From NCBI GenBank assembly GCA_030390025.1, contig CM059425.1, forward strand, positions 186,868,001-186,932,000: 64,000 nucleotides of DNA, read 5' to 3'. Below, piece after piece: positions 10,666 to 24,665 of this stretch. The first letter of the stretch is position 1; each line of letters starts with the position of its first letter. The notes under the pieces were generated by a model, which saw nothing but the letters and a program-made list of their open reading frames with translations, had not been told where the DNA came from and did not search any database. Made by a program: the position numbers and the translations under genes. The stretch is from Squalus acanthias (Eukaryota).

Positions 10666-13600
10666 GGTTCTGTGGAGGAGGGGAGTAGTGTGGGGTGGGG
10701 GTTCTCCCATTTTCTGTGAACCATTTTTCAGAATAAGTACTTTGTTTTTCATCTGGAATAAGCTACATTTACGGAGTGTGTTGGTTTTTAAACGTGCACT
10801 TTCATCCCATACTCTAGTATTGGGTGACATTTATATTTGTTTCTTTTGTGGCATGAGTGAATTATTTGCTTTGATGCTGCATCTCCATAGCTTAAAGGAA
10901 ACGTGAAACTGGTTGGACTAATTGTGCCGAGTACAGTCGCCATGAAAGGCATTATTGTTCTGGATTCATTCCTTTCTCTGACAGTGAGCATTGCTTGAAG
11001 GTTTTATGCAGAACCTGTGCTCGTTTAGGAGAGGGAGGAAGAACAAAATGGTTAGCACTTACTGGTTGTGCATGCATAATAGGAAGAAGTGAGCTTATGG
11101 TGTGGTGCTTGTGGTTGTAAATCCTTGTGATGAGCAGCATTTGCTTTCTCAGCTTACCCACAACGTCTGTGACTAATTGAGTGAATGTGAAGATTGCATC
11201 CATATGTTAATTACAGATACCAGAACCATCTACTAGGCGAGGACTAAACAGTACCGTCGGCCACATTTTTACCCATATTAGAATATCCGCTTGTTGCTAG
11301 TCTAATTTAAGCTTGTTCATATTGAGCAGACTGGATCCATAGATCATCATTTGCCTTTTAGTGATTTACAGAGGGGTGGAGGGAGGAGAGGTAAAATTCC
11401 TTTTTTAATGAAAAATGGGAGATTGCTTATTTTTTCCACAATTAATGACCTGCTAATGAAATTTGCGACTGCACTGCTTTGAGACATGTAATTTTTGAGA
11501 ATGTGATTTTGTTAGTGGGTTGTTAATTACAGAGAAAAATTGCATTGTCCTGTTTCCTGTTGAAATAAAAATTTCACACCCTTGTATGTAAATTTTGGGA
11601 TTTGTTTTTGAAAACAATTCTGTAACTACACGCCATGGGAAATAATGCACTCAATTTTATATTGTTCTTTCCTTTAATCCTCACCCTTTGGCTACAGTTT
11701 ATGATTTTCTATCCGCAACATTCCAGACCTCTTAAAATCTCTGCATGTTTAATGCTGACTGATGCCATTGACCTTGTAAATCTGCTGCAATGAATTCAAA
11801 ACAGGAGGTAACTGTGCAGAGCAAGTCTTTCAGTCCAGGTCATTAGAGCTGTATTAGCACTAGGGTTTAGGGGAGGGAGACGAAAAAAAACCCACAATAG
11901 TGTGTGTCCTGCTGGGAATTACCGCTGGTATACTAGCTGACAGTAGTAGATTTCCAGAGATGTTGGTAATACTGTATTCAGTAGTTCACATTAGGCCACT
12001 CAAGAGTGGTCTAGAAGAGCATTAGTGGATTTGGAAGCTATAAATAAAAATTCCATCTGCATTTGAAACGGTGTGAAGATGGGCAAGCATGCAACAAACT
12101 GCCCTGTCTTTAAACCAGCCTATTGTGTGCTTAAGACAAATAATACTGTATGTATGATCCAATCTCAAGTTTTATGGACACATACCTGAGATAAAAGTAT
12201 CCCAAGTGTATTAAATAATAAAACTCTGGAGCTGTAATGCATCTGGACTTCAGAACACTCAGTGCAGATTCTACTATATTTGTATATAAAGAATTGCACC
12301 TTGATATAATTCCAGTTGTTTCGCAATGTTTAGGGTCAGCATCCTTAACCTTTATGGGCTGAAATGAGCACTTTTAGGGATTATTAATTTTGATAAAACT
12401 GGGTGCTCTCATGACAGAGGAGTGGAAATGAGAAGAAATAGAACTGATGCTTTTAAAAGTACCCAACCCCTAAATACTTGTCAGAACAACAGGGTAAAAT
12501 TAACTCCAGATTTCTTACTTTTCTAAATGTTACAGTGATCGCAACAGTGCTTTTGAAAAGGTGGAGGCTATGGACTTTGTAGTTGGTGCCAATTTCTTTC
12601 ATGGAATAGTTTCATGGAAAAGGCTGGAAGAAATGCTTTACATCCATGGCTGAATCAGCCTGACAAGCTCTCACACCGCCCCCTCCTCTTATTAATATTC
12701 CTTTTGATGTGCGCTTGTAAAACAGAGGATTGCCTGTTAATCTGCTGGATCTCTGGAGCTTTTGGCACTTGCCCATAATTGATGTGTTCACATGACTGCT
12801 GTTGGAGTACTAATGATTAGATTGGTGGCGGTACTGTAATATCTTTTAGTTAAATCGGTGTCGGCTTTTAAAAAAAATTATTCTGCAGTAGCTTTGCTAG
12901 TAGACTGGGGTAATTACAAAATGCCCGAACACCTTTCGAACACTCGGAACAAAAGAAAAAATGTGAGTTTCTCCGAATCATGCTCAACTCAAGCAAGGTA
13001 TTGGAGGATCGCATCCATTTCTTGCTCATCAGCACCACTAAAGCATACAGAAGGATCTGGTTGTAAATGGGTCGCACAGTTATTTTTTGTAATGACCCTG
13101 CAGTTAATTTTAAAAGTCTTGCATCTTTTAAAACTACTATTGCGCTTGATCAGTGTGTGTCATCAAAATATTTTATTTCGCAATGCAACAGAAATTGAAC
13201 AAAATCAACACTTTAATCATTTGCATTGCGAGCATTAATAAGTGATGGCTAAGTGCCTTTGAAAAGACTTGGGACTCCCTATAACAGTTGGGCGCAGTTT
13301 TAGTTAAGTGTGTGAATCCCTTTGCAGAGTGGATAACCTAATCTGCTCTCTCTCGTTCTCTCTCTGCTCTGGTTTCTGTGATGAATTGCCAGAATTCTGA
13401 TCAGTACACATAAACACCTGGGAATAATCACGCTAGAGTAACACTGGAGAAAGCAGAGCGTCTGTTTCTGACATATACTTTCCCTGCTCTGACAGACTGC
13501 CATGTCCAGCTGTTAAGACTTGTGCGCCTAGTGTTTTCTATATGACTGAGCCCCGCTTTCAGTGTGCCCCTCCTCTGCCACAGGAAAAGACTGCAGTGTG

Positions 13601-14697
13601 CCTTTAATTGCCGTCACAATAGGATGGACATGAGAGCAGCTTGTGGGGGTGGGGGAGGAAACACTGTAAATTGATCCTCTCAAAAGAAGATACATTTAAA
13701 AATAAAATTAGGATATTCTTGCTTTTAGTGTGGTATGTTATTTTGTCTGGGGATTTTTAAGGACTGAGTTGCTCAGTGAAACAGATGGTATCAGAGTGTT
13801 GCCTAATGGAAAGTGCCTCATCAGTGTCACATTGTTAGTCTTTTTACACTGAATAAGGTTTTGTGTCTCATGTTTTTATTCTCATTCAGTTTGAATTTTG
13901 CCTACGCGCAGGGGAGAAATATATTCTGTAATATGCTCCACGGGGCTACATTTGATTACAGTCTTTTGCTTGTGGTAAGATTTGAAATGGGTTTTCAATA
14001 AACAACAAAGGAAGGTTTCATCAAAGAATGTGTCTTTCAGTATTAAAACGGTCACTGTCTTTCCCTGGAGCTTTCTGTGTTCCAGCAGATCTTGCATTGT
14101 TGGGGAAGGAGAGATTCTATCCTGATATCAGAGCTTTTTAAAGGTATTAAATTACAAAGTACAGGATTGGTATAGTGAGAATGTAATACCTTTGCCTATC
14201 AGCAGTTTTATTACTGTGATCCGCACGAATTGGATTGCAAGGATGTGCCCGTGCTTCCACTGAGCTGTTACCTTACTGCAGTCCTGACTCTGAGGAGCTT
14301 CCTAATCTGAGTGGACAAGTTGCAGACACACTGGCTGATCCATTAAATAGGATGTCACATTGCTCTTCATTATGTGGTATTTCATGATATGTCAAAACCA
14401 ATGATAATCGCACAGGCTTCATTTTTCTTCTTTGATGCAAAATACAATGATTGTGAGAGATCAGTGGAAATAGAATAGAGGGGATGGATTCTGCGATTTC
14501 CCAGCAAGTTTAACAGTTTTCACCCAGGTGCAAAGACTTGCTGTGTGGCTAATGGCAGGGTTAAAGCCATGCTGCAGTATGACTATTGATGCAACAAAAA
14601 CAACAACAACTTGCATTTATATAGCACCTTTAACATTGTGAGACTATCCTTTCAGATGATTATTGTAAATCATTTTAAAGCTTCATAATGGTTTTGC

Positions 14698-15158
14698 GGT
14701 GCTTAGTTGGTAGCACACTCGCCTCTGAGTCAGAAGGTTGTGGCTTCAAGTCCCACTCCAGGGACTTGAGCACATAAAGCTAGGCTGGCACTCCAGTGCA
14801 GTACTGAGGGAGTGCTGCACTGTCAGAGATGTCGTCTTTCGGATGAGACGTTAAACCGAGGCCCCGTCTGCTCTCTCAGGTGGACGTAAAAGATCCCGTG
14901 GCACTATTTCGAAGAAGAGCAGGGGAGTTATTCCTGGTGTCCTGGCCAATATTTATCCCTCAACCAACATAACAAAAACAGATTATCTGGTCATTATCAC
15001 ATTGCTGTTTGTGGGAGCTTGCTGTGCGCAAATTGGCTGCCACGTTTCCCACATTACAACAGTGACTACACTCCAAAAAGTACTTAATTGGCTGTAAAGC
15101 GCTTTGAGACGTCCGGTGGTCGTGAAAGGCGCTATATAAATGCAAGTCTTTCTTTCTT
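14698..15158 (+). mobile_element. Full-length DeuSINE (SacSINE1-like)
   Basis: tRNA-like head gcttagttggtagcacactcgcctctgagtcagaaggttgtggcttcaagtccc, Deu core, tail gtgaaaggcgctatataaatgcaagtctttctttc. Confidence 0.88.
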
Positions 15159-16010
15159 AGCTGTGCTTAGCTTCGCACCCTGCACAATTTGGTGTCTTTG
15201 TCGCAACTGATACCATCACATACCAATAAATTGGTCTTGTTTGCACACACTTCCTAAGGCTTGTTTAGATGTGTATGGAGAGTATAAATTGATAATCTAA
15301 CTATGACCTATCTTTCTAATGATCAAGGGTCAGAGCCAGCCCATATCTTCGAGCTCACTATCAATAACTTACAATTTCAGTGCAGGCCCACAAAAAGACC
15401 AATAAAAGGAATACTGCAGCTTAAGTATGTTGAATAAGTTTGTTTATAATGATTGTTCAGTAAGCTTTTCCCCCTCCAAAGTACAGTATGTCTTCAACAT
15501 AATTTCCTCTCCTTTTACGAATAGGGAAAAAAAACCATGTAGAGGCCATCGACAACAATATTCATTGTCACAAGTGCATCTTTCTCTGGGTGATTAATGT
15601 TTTGCACATGCTCATTAATGTGTTACTTTTTGTATAGTATGCTTTTCATTTTGAGGGATAAGGGGGTAAGACTGATTATTTCTGATGGCTCCTATCATTC
15701 CTCAATATTGCACAATTCTATATGCTTTCCAAAGGCACCTTTAAATGGCATTTGCTGTATTTATTTATGATATTATTGAGGGTTTAAACCACACAATGTT
15801 TGAACAGGAGTATTAATTGGCAATGAAATGAGACTGAAGGCTGAGTGAGACTTGCCATTTTGTAAGCGTTCCAAAAATTATTTGATTATGGCAAAGATAT
15901 TGGGCTGTAGTTTACTTCCAGCAAAAAATAGTGATGCAGCAGTCCTAGACTCTGTGTGGTAAGTTGTAATTTTATAGATACAGATGGTAACATTTTTCTA
16001 TTTTTTCCAG

Positions 16011-16263
16011 GTTGATCCCTTGTTCACTGTGCCTGCACCTCCGCCACCAATCTCTGTGAGCATGCCACCTCAGATTCTGCCTTCCTACTTTCCTTCTTCA
16101 TCTAGCATTGCTGCCCCAGTTGAGCAGCTTTTAGTAAGGACTCGTTCAATGGGTATAAATACATGCGAGGTTGGAGTAGTGACTGAGCCAGAATGCCTTG
16201 GACCTTGTGAACCAGGAACTAGTGTAAACCTGGAAGGGATTGTGTGGCATGAAACTGAGGAAG
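16011..16263 (+). CDS. ZNF608: ZNF608 internal coding exon (253 nt, phase 0 to phase 1)
   Basis: Acceptor ttttttccag|GTT and donor GAAG|gtaaga. Translates [84 protein letters not shown](G), recognised as ZNF608/609 sequence; [21 protein letters not shown] and VWHETEEG favour ZNF608. Confidence 0.92.
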
Positions 16264-16379
16264 GTAAGACGTTTAAATCATTTATATATTTTGTTTGTGA
16301 TAAAATCTGAGTTACCATGTTTGATTAACCAGGTGAGGTTTGTGATACTTTATAAGCTTTAATTGCTTATTAATAGATG

Positions 16380-17392
16380 CATTAAGGGAAAGCTGGATAA
16401 ACATGAATAGGGATAGAAGGATATGCTGATAGAGATAGAGTTAGAGCTTGTCCGATATCCAGTCCTGGATGAACAGAAATTTCCTTCAACTAAATATTGT
16501 GAAGACCAAAGCCATTGTCTTTGGTCCCCGCCACAAACTCCATTCCCTAGCCACCGACTCCATCCCTCTCCCTGGCAACTGTCTGAGGCTGAACCAGACT
16601 GTTCGTAACCTTGGTGTCGTATTTGACCCCGAGATGAGCTTCCGACCACATATCCGCGTCATCACTAAGACTGCCTATTTCCATCTCTGTAACATTGCCT
16701 GACTCACCTCATTTGCTGCTGAAACCCACTCATGCCTTTTTTACCTCTAGACTTGACTATTCCAACGCATTCCTGGCCGGCCTCCCATTTTCCACCCTCC
16801 ACAAACTTAAGGTCATCCAAAACTCTGCTGCCCGTATCCTAACTCGCACCAAGAACCATTCACCCATCACCCCTGTGCTCGCTGACCTACGGTTAAGCAG
16901 CGCCTCAATTTTAAATTCTCATCTTTGTTTTCAGATTCCTCCGTGGTCTCGCCCCTCCCTATCTCTGTAACCTCCTCCAGCCCTACAACCCTCTGAGATC
17001 TCTGCGCTCCTCCAATTCTGGCCTCTTGAGCATCCCCAATTTTAATCGCTCCACCATCGGCGGCTGTGCCTTCAGCTGCCGAGGCCCTAAACTCTGCAAT
17101 TCCCTCCCTAAACCTCTTTACCTCTCTCTCCTCCTTTAAGACACCCCTTAAAACCTACCTTTTTGACCAAGTTGTTGGTCATCGTCCCGAATATCTCCTT
17201 ATGTGTCTCCGTGTCAAATTTTGTTTGCTAACGCTCCTGTGAATCGCCGTGGGACTTTTCACCAGGTTAAAGGTGCTATATAAATGCAAGTTGTTGTTGT
17301 TATTGTTGAAGAGTGGTGGCAGGAGGCTCGTGTGGAGCATAAACCAGTTGGGCCGAATGGCCTGTTGCTGTGCTGTAAATTCTATGTAATTG
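16380..17392 (+). mobile_element. CR1 3'-end fragment (16380-16447 and 17290-17392) split by an L2 insertion
   Basis: aagggaaagctggataaacatg...ggatatgctgatag, resumed by ggaggctcgtgtggagcataaaccagttgggccgaatggcctgttgctgtgctgtaaattctatgtaa (CR1/HER1 tail). Confidence 0.6.
16448..17288 (+). mobile_element. 5'-truncated L2 LINE (RT C-terminus and 3' UTR), frameshifted
   Basis: LSDIQSWMNRNFLQLNIVKTKAIVFG..VRNLGVVFDPEMSF..TAYFHLCNIA and HAFFTSRLDYSNAFLAGLP..IQNSAARILT..SPITPVLADL; tail ggtgctatataaatgcaag(ttg)n. Confidence 0.88.
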
Positions 17393-17489
17393 TTCAAGGG
17401 ATTGCTTTAAGACAAAATGCCTGCACTGGGTAACCAGGAATAGAATATTTTTGGCTTTTTTTCTCCTTTATTTCCTCGCAACCCCTTAA

Positions 17490-17775
17490 GGCACTGATTT
17501 TTACTGGGGCACAGTTCCACGGGTGCTGGCAGCCCTCTGGTATCTGGGGATTTCTTTATGTGTGAACCGAGGCAGTGAGCATCAGCAGGCTCTTCGAACA
17601 TGGAGGGCATCACGTCTGAGCCCAATCCTGTTCTTACCTGACTACCACAAGTCTACTTTCTGACTGGATAATAATTAGGATTCGGAACTTGACGTTTATT
17701 CTTTCTCCCCAACCACCTAGATCAATTGATCCAACTGCAGCTGAGATCAGCTAGCTCAGTGCAGGCTGGGGCCCA
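17490..17775 (-). mobile_element. Old SINE family 2 copy
   Basis: cagctgagatcagctagctcagtgcaggc is the reverse complement of the family head motif; internal gcaggctcttcgaacatggagggcatcac matches the 10305 copy. Confidence 0.55.
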
Positions 17776-18373
17776 CCTGGCTATAATAGGAGATAGATTT
17801 TTTAAAAAATATTTTCAATTAGTAGCCAGTTGGGTTGTCACATTTGGTCACTCAGCCATCAAATCATATGTGAGCAGGTTGGTCATGCTAGTACCAATCT
17901 TCACATGATTACAAACCTAAACCTAGTTCAGTGCATTTCTCAAGCTGCTTTTATGTTATGTGAGATCGTGCAAGTGGCAGCGACGCCACGAGTGTCTTCC
18001 TGACCGCCGGCCTTAGTTAATTCCAGCAAGTTTACTTCCACTTGCACTCGGCTGGCTGCGCCACTAGCTCAGGTCTCCGCGCAATATAAAAGCAGATTTA
18101 GCACTCAAAGCTTGCAGTAAGTGAAGATCCTACAATGTTTAGACAAGGCTGTCAACTCTTGAAGTTTATCATTCAACTGGTATTTTTGGTAGTTTTGATT
18201 TACTGTGAATTTCACCACCTGAGGGTCACAGAAGGTGAGAAGCTCAGTCTGTTTGAAGAATCTTGTACTTCCCTTGTGTAGTTGTGGTTGTAGGTTTGCA
18301 ATGGATCACAGTTTTTTTCCGCTTCTATTGTGGTATTTGTATGTGATGAAAGTCGGTGTTGTGCAGTGGGTTT

Positions 18374-18500
18374 CATAAGAACATAAAAAATAGGAGCAGG
18401 AGTAGGCCATTCGGCTCTTCGAACCTGCTCCGCCATTTAATAAGATCATGGCTGATCTTCTGTCTCAACTCCACCTTCCTGCACTATCCCCATATACCCA
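18374..18500 (-). mobile_element. CR1 3' UTR fragment
   Basis: cataagaacataa..ataggagcaggagtaggccattcggc..gatcatggctgatct, the reverse complement of the tail seen at 63750-63835. Confidence 0.75.
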
Positions 18501-20943
18501 TATCCGTTTCCTTTTTGTTTTACCTGAAATACTGTAATTTTTTAATTGTGTGCTCCCCTAAATCGGAGAAATGAGTGATCCAGGTTTTCACCAGCGCATG
18601 TCAATGGCGATACAATGCTGGGGAAAAGGACCCATCAGTATTACAGATGTCTAATGACGTGTGTGTCCTGTTTTCATAATGAAGGAAATGGGAACTTAGT
18701 GCCTGAAGAGTTAATATTAAAAGTTAGAACATGTTTGCGGTTAATAGCTCTGGTTTCGTGTTTGACTTTTTTCAACACTCGTTCTTCGTGTTAACTAATA
18801 CAAAGAAGCTTTCGTTTTAAATAGGCAATGACTAATGCTAAAAATAGCTGGGGGCTTTTGTAAATTCAATACAAAATGTGGTGTAGTGTGTTCCGAATAA
18901 CTAGGCTCCTGGAAACGACTGCCTTCCAGCATCAGAATGTGTGGCTGTTTGTGGTGCAATAAGAGAGCCTGTGGTGACCTTAATAGAGTTATTCATGGTG
19001 AATCAAATACCCTTCTGACCCACTGAATATTTTATGCTTGAGCAGAATTAATAGTTGAAGAGAAAGAGATTCCTGTTTACTACTACATCACTACGTAATT
19101 TTTTTTAACATTTTTCCCCTGATTATCTGAGGATTTTTTCTTCAGATACAATTGAGGGAATAATTCTCTCTGTCTATATCGATTTAGTAACAGTAAAATT
19201 ACATATAAAAGCTGAATCCCTTCCCCCGCTGACCAAATGGTAACAAACACAAGATTTAATTGAATCATGTAAATTAGTAGCTCAGTGGACGAGCAGTAAT
19301 AATCAAGAGTATGCTCCCCATTTTTTATCAAAGGATTAAATTACATACTGGGCTAATTAAACATTTCAAGAGTGAAGTCTTTTCTGCTATCCTTCAGATA
19401 GCAATGGTGGAGGAAATGTAAAAAAAGAAATGCTTTGGATTCAGATGCAAAATAAATATGTTCTGGGCTTTGCTTTTACTGTGAAAAAATGGGGTCAGGG
19501 GGGCTGATGGTAAAAAAATTCATGTTTAAAACTGTTTTTAAGAAATTGGTGGAAATTTCTATAGCGCTGTCGTGGTTGTTTTTCTCTCTCCATCTTTTAA
19601 AGTAGAATGGATTGCCTCCGTGTGATTGGTCGAGATGTCGCTAACCCTCTTGATTGTTTGCCAGTGGCCATTCTGTCTCCTTTGTGTTAATAGGTCTTGG
19701 ATATTTCGCTAATAAAAAAAAGTGCAGTGTAGGCAGAAGGGCAGGGTGCCAAGCCTGTTAGCAGTAGAAAAGAAAGGAGTCCTGCATTCTTAGTGAAAAG
19801 ATGATCAGTTCTTTCCTAATACCAGCAAAACAGAGCTTATTATTATTATTATGTGAGAGTTCCAGTGATCAGGAATGATAATTTGAAGGTTGGATGGGGC
19901 TATTGCCTAAGGCTTGAATTGCTAAGAGAACCAGTACAATGGACATGTAGAAGCAGCTCAGATGTCAAATTGAATGAAAGGCAATTCTTTTTCCAGCTCT
20001 GTCTGGTAAACCATTTGCACACAGCAAAAAGGAAACAAATGGGCTACTAAGCTCCAGAAGATGGCTAATATCTGGCATGACAAATTGCCTCAAGGGACTA
20101 TTACGTAAACTGTCAGACCTTCTTCTGGCTGTGATTATCTAGTGTGAATGGAGAGGAGAGGCAGCATTTTTAAAAGCATTTTTTTTAAATAAAGAAGAAA
20201 GGTCGAGCTTTAATAATGTGTGTATACTGTAGCAGTGATGTGAATGTTTGAAGATATCTGCAGCATAGGGATATCGAACTACTGCAAAGAATCTTCTATA
20301 CTGAGCTAAGATTTGTAATACACATTAATGGATTTAATTGGGCTGAAGCAGGGAGCTTCAATGTGTTCATGAAACTAGAATCTAATGTATGCTTTACTGT
20401 ATGTACATCAATTTTAAACTGTAATAAAATAATAGTGCTTGTTAATGTATATCATTTTGCTGATGACATTTAAGCTGTTTGCCAAAGTTAAATATAAAAC
20501 ATTAGAAAAAGAATTAAATTGTTAATTCAGGAGAGGAAAAGACAGTTGAATTTCTTTTTCTTGCAGTGCTGGTGGTATCACTGTGTCTCTCAAACTGAAT
20601 TAACATATTCAATTTTCCTGACTCTTAAATTCAATAGACTATCGTGTTTCTGCCTGTGTCAGCTGACTAAAAATGCTTTCGTGTTCGTCAGTGCTTGGAA
20701 TAATCTACAAGGTTTAAATGTAGCATACAAACAAGAGTTCCTGCAGCTTGGTGCTGACGCCCAGACACAACCGGTTAGGTAGATTGTGAACAGCAGCTTG
20801 TGGCTTTGTGTGAAATATGCAACCAGCCCACATTAGCTACCCCCTTGCCAGACACTGAACCTCAACGCAAGGTCCCCTGTGCCTCTTGTACATACACAGC
20901 AAAATTATTCCATCTTTAAACAAACATTAAAGAAATGAAGGGG

Positions 20944-20965
20944 GAGAGAGAGAGAGAGAGAGAGA
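20944..20965 (+). repeat. (GA)n microsatellite
   Basis: gagagagagagagagagagaga. Confidence 0.9.
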
Positions 20966-22691
20966 CGGAGCAGTGTGACCATCTCAAGCCCATGGGTTTG
21001 CTGTAGCCTGAATGGGATAATGAAGCTTAATAGGTGGGGGGAGGGGATCTGGTGGGAGGCTCGAATAGGTTAGCCTAAAAAAAGACTGATTCAGAATCAC
21101 AAAGCTAAAAATTAAATAGACAGGTTTAAGGTGTTAAGTGGTGAAAGATGAAACTGTTAGCCTGTTGTGAAGAATGGTGAGTGGGTATAGAATAGGTTAG
21201 TAGATAGAGGGGGGGATTGTGCTACTGAAAATATAGCTCAGGGTTTCTCAATGCTAGTTGAACAAACAGAGCATGCCTTGAATAATTTATGGGTGATGTC
21301 TGAATTGGTTTACAAATGCTGTGATATTATTATAGCCTCAAACTGTGGCAATGTTGGAAACTCTTTGGTTGTGCTGATGGCACAGGAAGTGAAGATGTCA
21401 AAAGGCAGGGGTCAAAAGCGGAAAAGCTGGTGACTTTATAACACAACAAAAAAAAATCATCCTGCAGCCTGCGCCTTTACAGATGCAAGAAACCCTCCTG
21501 GGAACCCCAGCCAAATTTGCTTTGAAATGTAGATAAAATAACAGGCAGTTAATGGCCCCTGCCTGGGGAAGGCCAGTTAGAAAATGGCAACACGAGGTCA
21601 CTGAAAGACTCCAGTGCCATTTGCCAGCTTTCCTTCAGAAGGAAAATGTTGATTGGCTGCTTTGCCGTAAGGCGAGTTGGTATTCATTCTACAGATAAAG
21701 AACAGAACTCTTCAATGTCACTGCGTGATGCTTTTAATTGTTGCTGTCTTTTTTTTATATAAAAATTTGAAATATAAATTACAGCCGTCAGTGTGTAAAC
21801 TGAAATTGTGCTATTGATCACTGGTGTGCCTATTTTTTTTAAATGGCAGCAAGGCCTCAGCCAGCAGCTGGTTGTTAATGGTTCATGAACGATGTATGCA
21901 TCTAGGTCTTTGGTTCAATACTTTCGGTAAATGGCCGTATGACTAGTTATGAAATGAGTGGTGGGTGATTATCCAAGCAACATGCAGTTATTTTGTCTGT
22001 AAAACAATGTTGTTTTAATTCTTTCTCCACCCCCACCCTCTACCCCCTATAAAAGTACTTGGTTAGCTTTGAGCTGAGCCACATTTAAGCAGTAATTCCT
22101 GCACAACAGGATTCCTTGAGTGGGCTAGTGAGCTCCATGTTCCTGGGTTTAAATGTGCTCCTTAGCTGCTTTTATGTGAGGTTTAGTGGGATGCTAGGGC
22201 TGGTGGCTCCCATCGTGTAGGTCTTGCAGTCATGTGGGTCTGGCAACCCCAAAGTAAATGTGCTGAATTTGTAATACAAGCCACCGGAAAGATCCGGTTA
22301 AAAAATGGTCTTCCTGGCAGCTGGCCATAGCGAATCCGTGGGACACAAGAATTAAAGGTTGATTTTATTTCCCTGCAGAGATTATTGAAATTTTTTAATG
22401 CATACACTCAAAAGTTGTGCTACTGGAAATGTAGCTGGTATAATCTGCCCATTACAAATCATAGCTCTGTCTTTGACAGTGACTTGGGTGAAAAGTGGAA
22501 GTAAATGAGTCTTATTGAAATTGTGAGGCACTATTTACTTTGGCTCGTGCCTTGTACGAACCAGTTTAGACAGGAAAAAGACTATGAGCAGTGCTGTTTG
22601 GATTAGCTGTAATGTCTCTAAACACATGGGGAAAAGGCAGTTTTCCACAATTTGTTCAGTTGGTCTGCAGGTATCCTGAATTATAGATAAT

Positions 22692-23218
22692 GGCCCAAAA
22701 TTTGCGATCGGAGGCTTCCCGCGGGCGGATGCCTCCAACCTGTAAAAAAATGTATGCATTTACCTGGTGGGCCAGGAGGTACGGAGACTTGCGATCCTGG
22801 GCCTCTCTGGGTACGCGCGGGCAGAGGCCCACGTATCCAAGGGGTGCATGCGATTCGCAAGCGCTCCTGGGATCACGTGGGCCGGCCCAACCAATAAAAG
22901 AAGGGAATCCCCGTTCATACTTATGGGAGTTCCGTACGTACGGAATTCCCATAAGTATGAATAGGGATCACTTAAAAAATACACAAACACATGAAATAAA
23001 TAAAAAACCTTACATATTTAAAATTAATTAAAAAGCCATTTAATTAAATATTTTAAACAAAAATTTAATTTTTGGAATTTTTTAAAATATGTTTTAACGG
23101 GGCTAAAAATAAACTTACCTTATTGGACAGGGTTTTTAATGTATAAATGAGTGATAACATTTTATTTTTTATTTTTGAAAACTCTTACACAACTCGTAGG
23201 GGTCGGAAAATACGGTCC
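22692..23218. mobile_element. Harbinger-type MITE with an internal 48-bp palindrome
   Basis: Degenerate TIRs GGCCCAAAATTTGCGATC / GGACCGTATTTTCCGACC; CpG-rich left half, AT-rich right half; palindrome at 22914-22961. Confidence 0.58.
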
Positions 23219-24334
23219 ATTATATACATATATATAAAAAAATGTAGGTTCAATAATTACAGAAGCTACTACCTTGTGTACCATCCTATTAATCCTGTTA
23301 CTCAGTGAAAGCCAATTCTACAAAAAAACAGTAAATTAGAGACAAATCATTTGTTGCATTGTATTGATCACTAACTAAAGTTTACACAAGGGCTCTTGAT
23401 TTTAAGAGGTGGCAGGATGTTTAGCTATAATTCTTTGTATTAAATAACATCTCATCGAATAAATCCTGCAGCAAGAAATCACTGAACGTCTCTGACAAAC
23501 CTTTCTTTTGTGGTAGTATTTATTCTCGTGTTAAGACTTTTTATTCATTGATTTTGGAACCTCCAAATGGAGCTCCACTCGATCCTGTGTTGCTGCCTTA
23601 GAATATAGAGGATGGAATTTTCTCTTATCAAAAAAGCTTTCTTCTTGCCAGACTAATTTTAAAGTTACATTTCCTGACAACTCCCTCCTTACACTGATAT
23701 ACAACGCACTGAAGCTTGTGTGTAAAACAATTTAAGAGAGGGGCATTGCTTTGTAAACTATGAGCTATTTAAAAAAAAACTCTTATTAAAAGTTCATTTT
23801 CAAAAAATAGACCAGATGTGTATTTTTCCAAAGTACAATTAGAATAGAATATTTTTAAACAACTGATTTTCAGATTAAGCTCATTACTTTACATTATGCT
23901 GTCTCTATCTTCCTGTGGGGCTTCCTCCATCCCTGTTGCTTTTGCCAAAGTCTCTTAATGAAACCAGAGATCAACTGTGCAGAGTTAAATACATTTCCCA
24001 CATTGTTCTTGCCATATTTTATAATAATCAACATAAAATTTTGTGTAATGTTCTTAAAAGCAGTCTGAAATGTAACTTTTCTAATTGCTACCAGACGACC
24101 AACAGTGACAAATGCCGACTTCATTGTTAACTGGCAAGGAAGCTAACTAAAGGGCTGGAGTGTATCTCCTTTATTTTATAACCTTGCATGTGGGATATTT
24201 TCCCACTTGTCATAAATAAACACTGATAAAACAATGCAATCCTGACTTGAGCTGTTAGGGATGTGACCTAAAATGGCATGTGGAATGACATGAATCTTCC
24301 CCCTGCCCACCCCACACACACCCTCCCTTTCTCT

Positions 24335-24665
24335 CTTGCTCTCTTGAAAGCAGTGACTCATGCAGGGGTATGGTTGCACGGGTGTTGACAGATATAACTC
24401 AGCTAAGTGTCCATCTCGTCAATGGAGGCAACACCACCAGATCCTATCTACATATATGCAGTTTCTAGCAGGAGTCACTTGATAGTGATCAGGGAAAGAA
24501 ACCTGGGCTCATTCCTCTCCCCCACCCTGAAACCCAGGAAAACCGAAGCTAGCTGAGATCAGCAAGCTAAGTATAGACTAGGAATTGAACCTGAAATCTT
24601 CCTGGTCTGTGTGATTCAGTTCCACACTGCGTCGTACATTTACCAACTGAAACATTAGGGGAGCT
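24335..24665 (-). mobile_element. Old SINE family 2 copy including the tRNA-like head
   Basis: agctgagatcagcaagctaagtatagactaggaattgaacctgaaatcttcctggtctgtgtgattcagttccacac..catttaccaactga. Confidence 0.62.

Noticed and set aside
14698-14770. tRNA gene
   Set aside because: A/B boxes belong to the SINE head and run directly into the Deu domain; the same applies at 6420-6490 and 29360-29430.
15984-16310. 108-aa ORF as a small protein
   Set aside because: It is the 253-nt exon plus the polypyrimidine tract (FFYFFQ) and donor read-through.
22656-23031. Overlapping ORFs on both strands sharing YLWEFRTYG / YVRNSHKYE
   Set aside because: An artefact of the DNA palindrome at 22914-22961.
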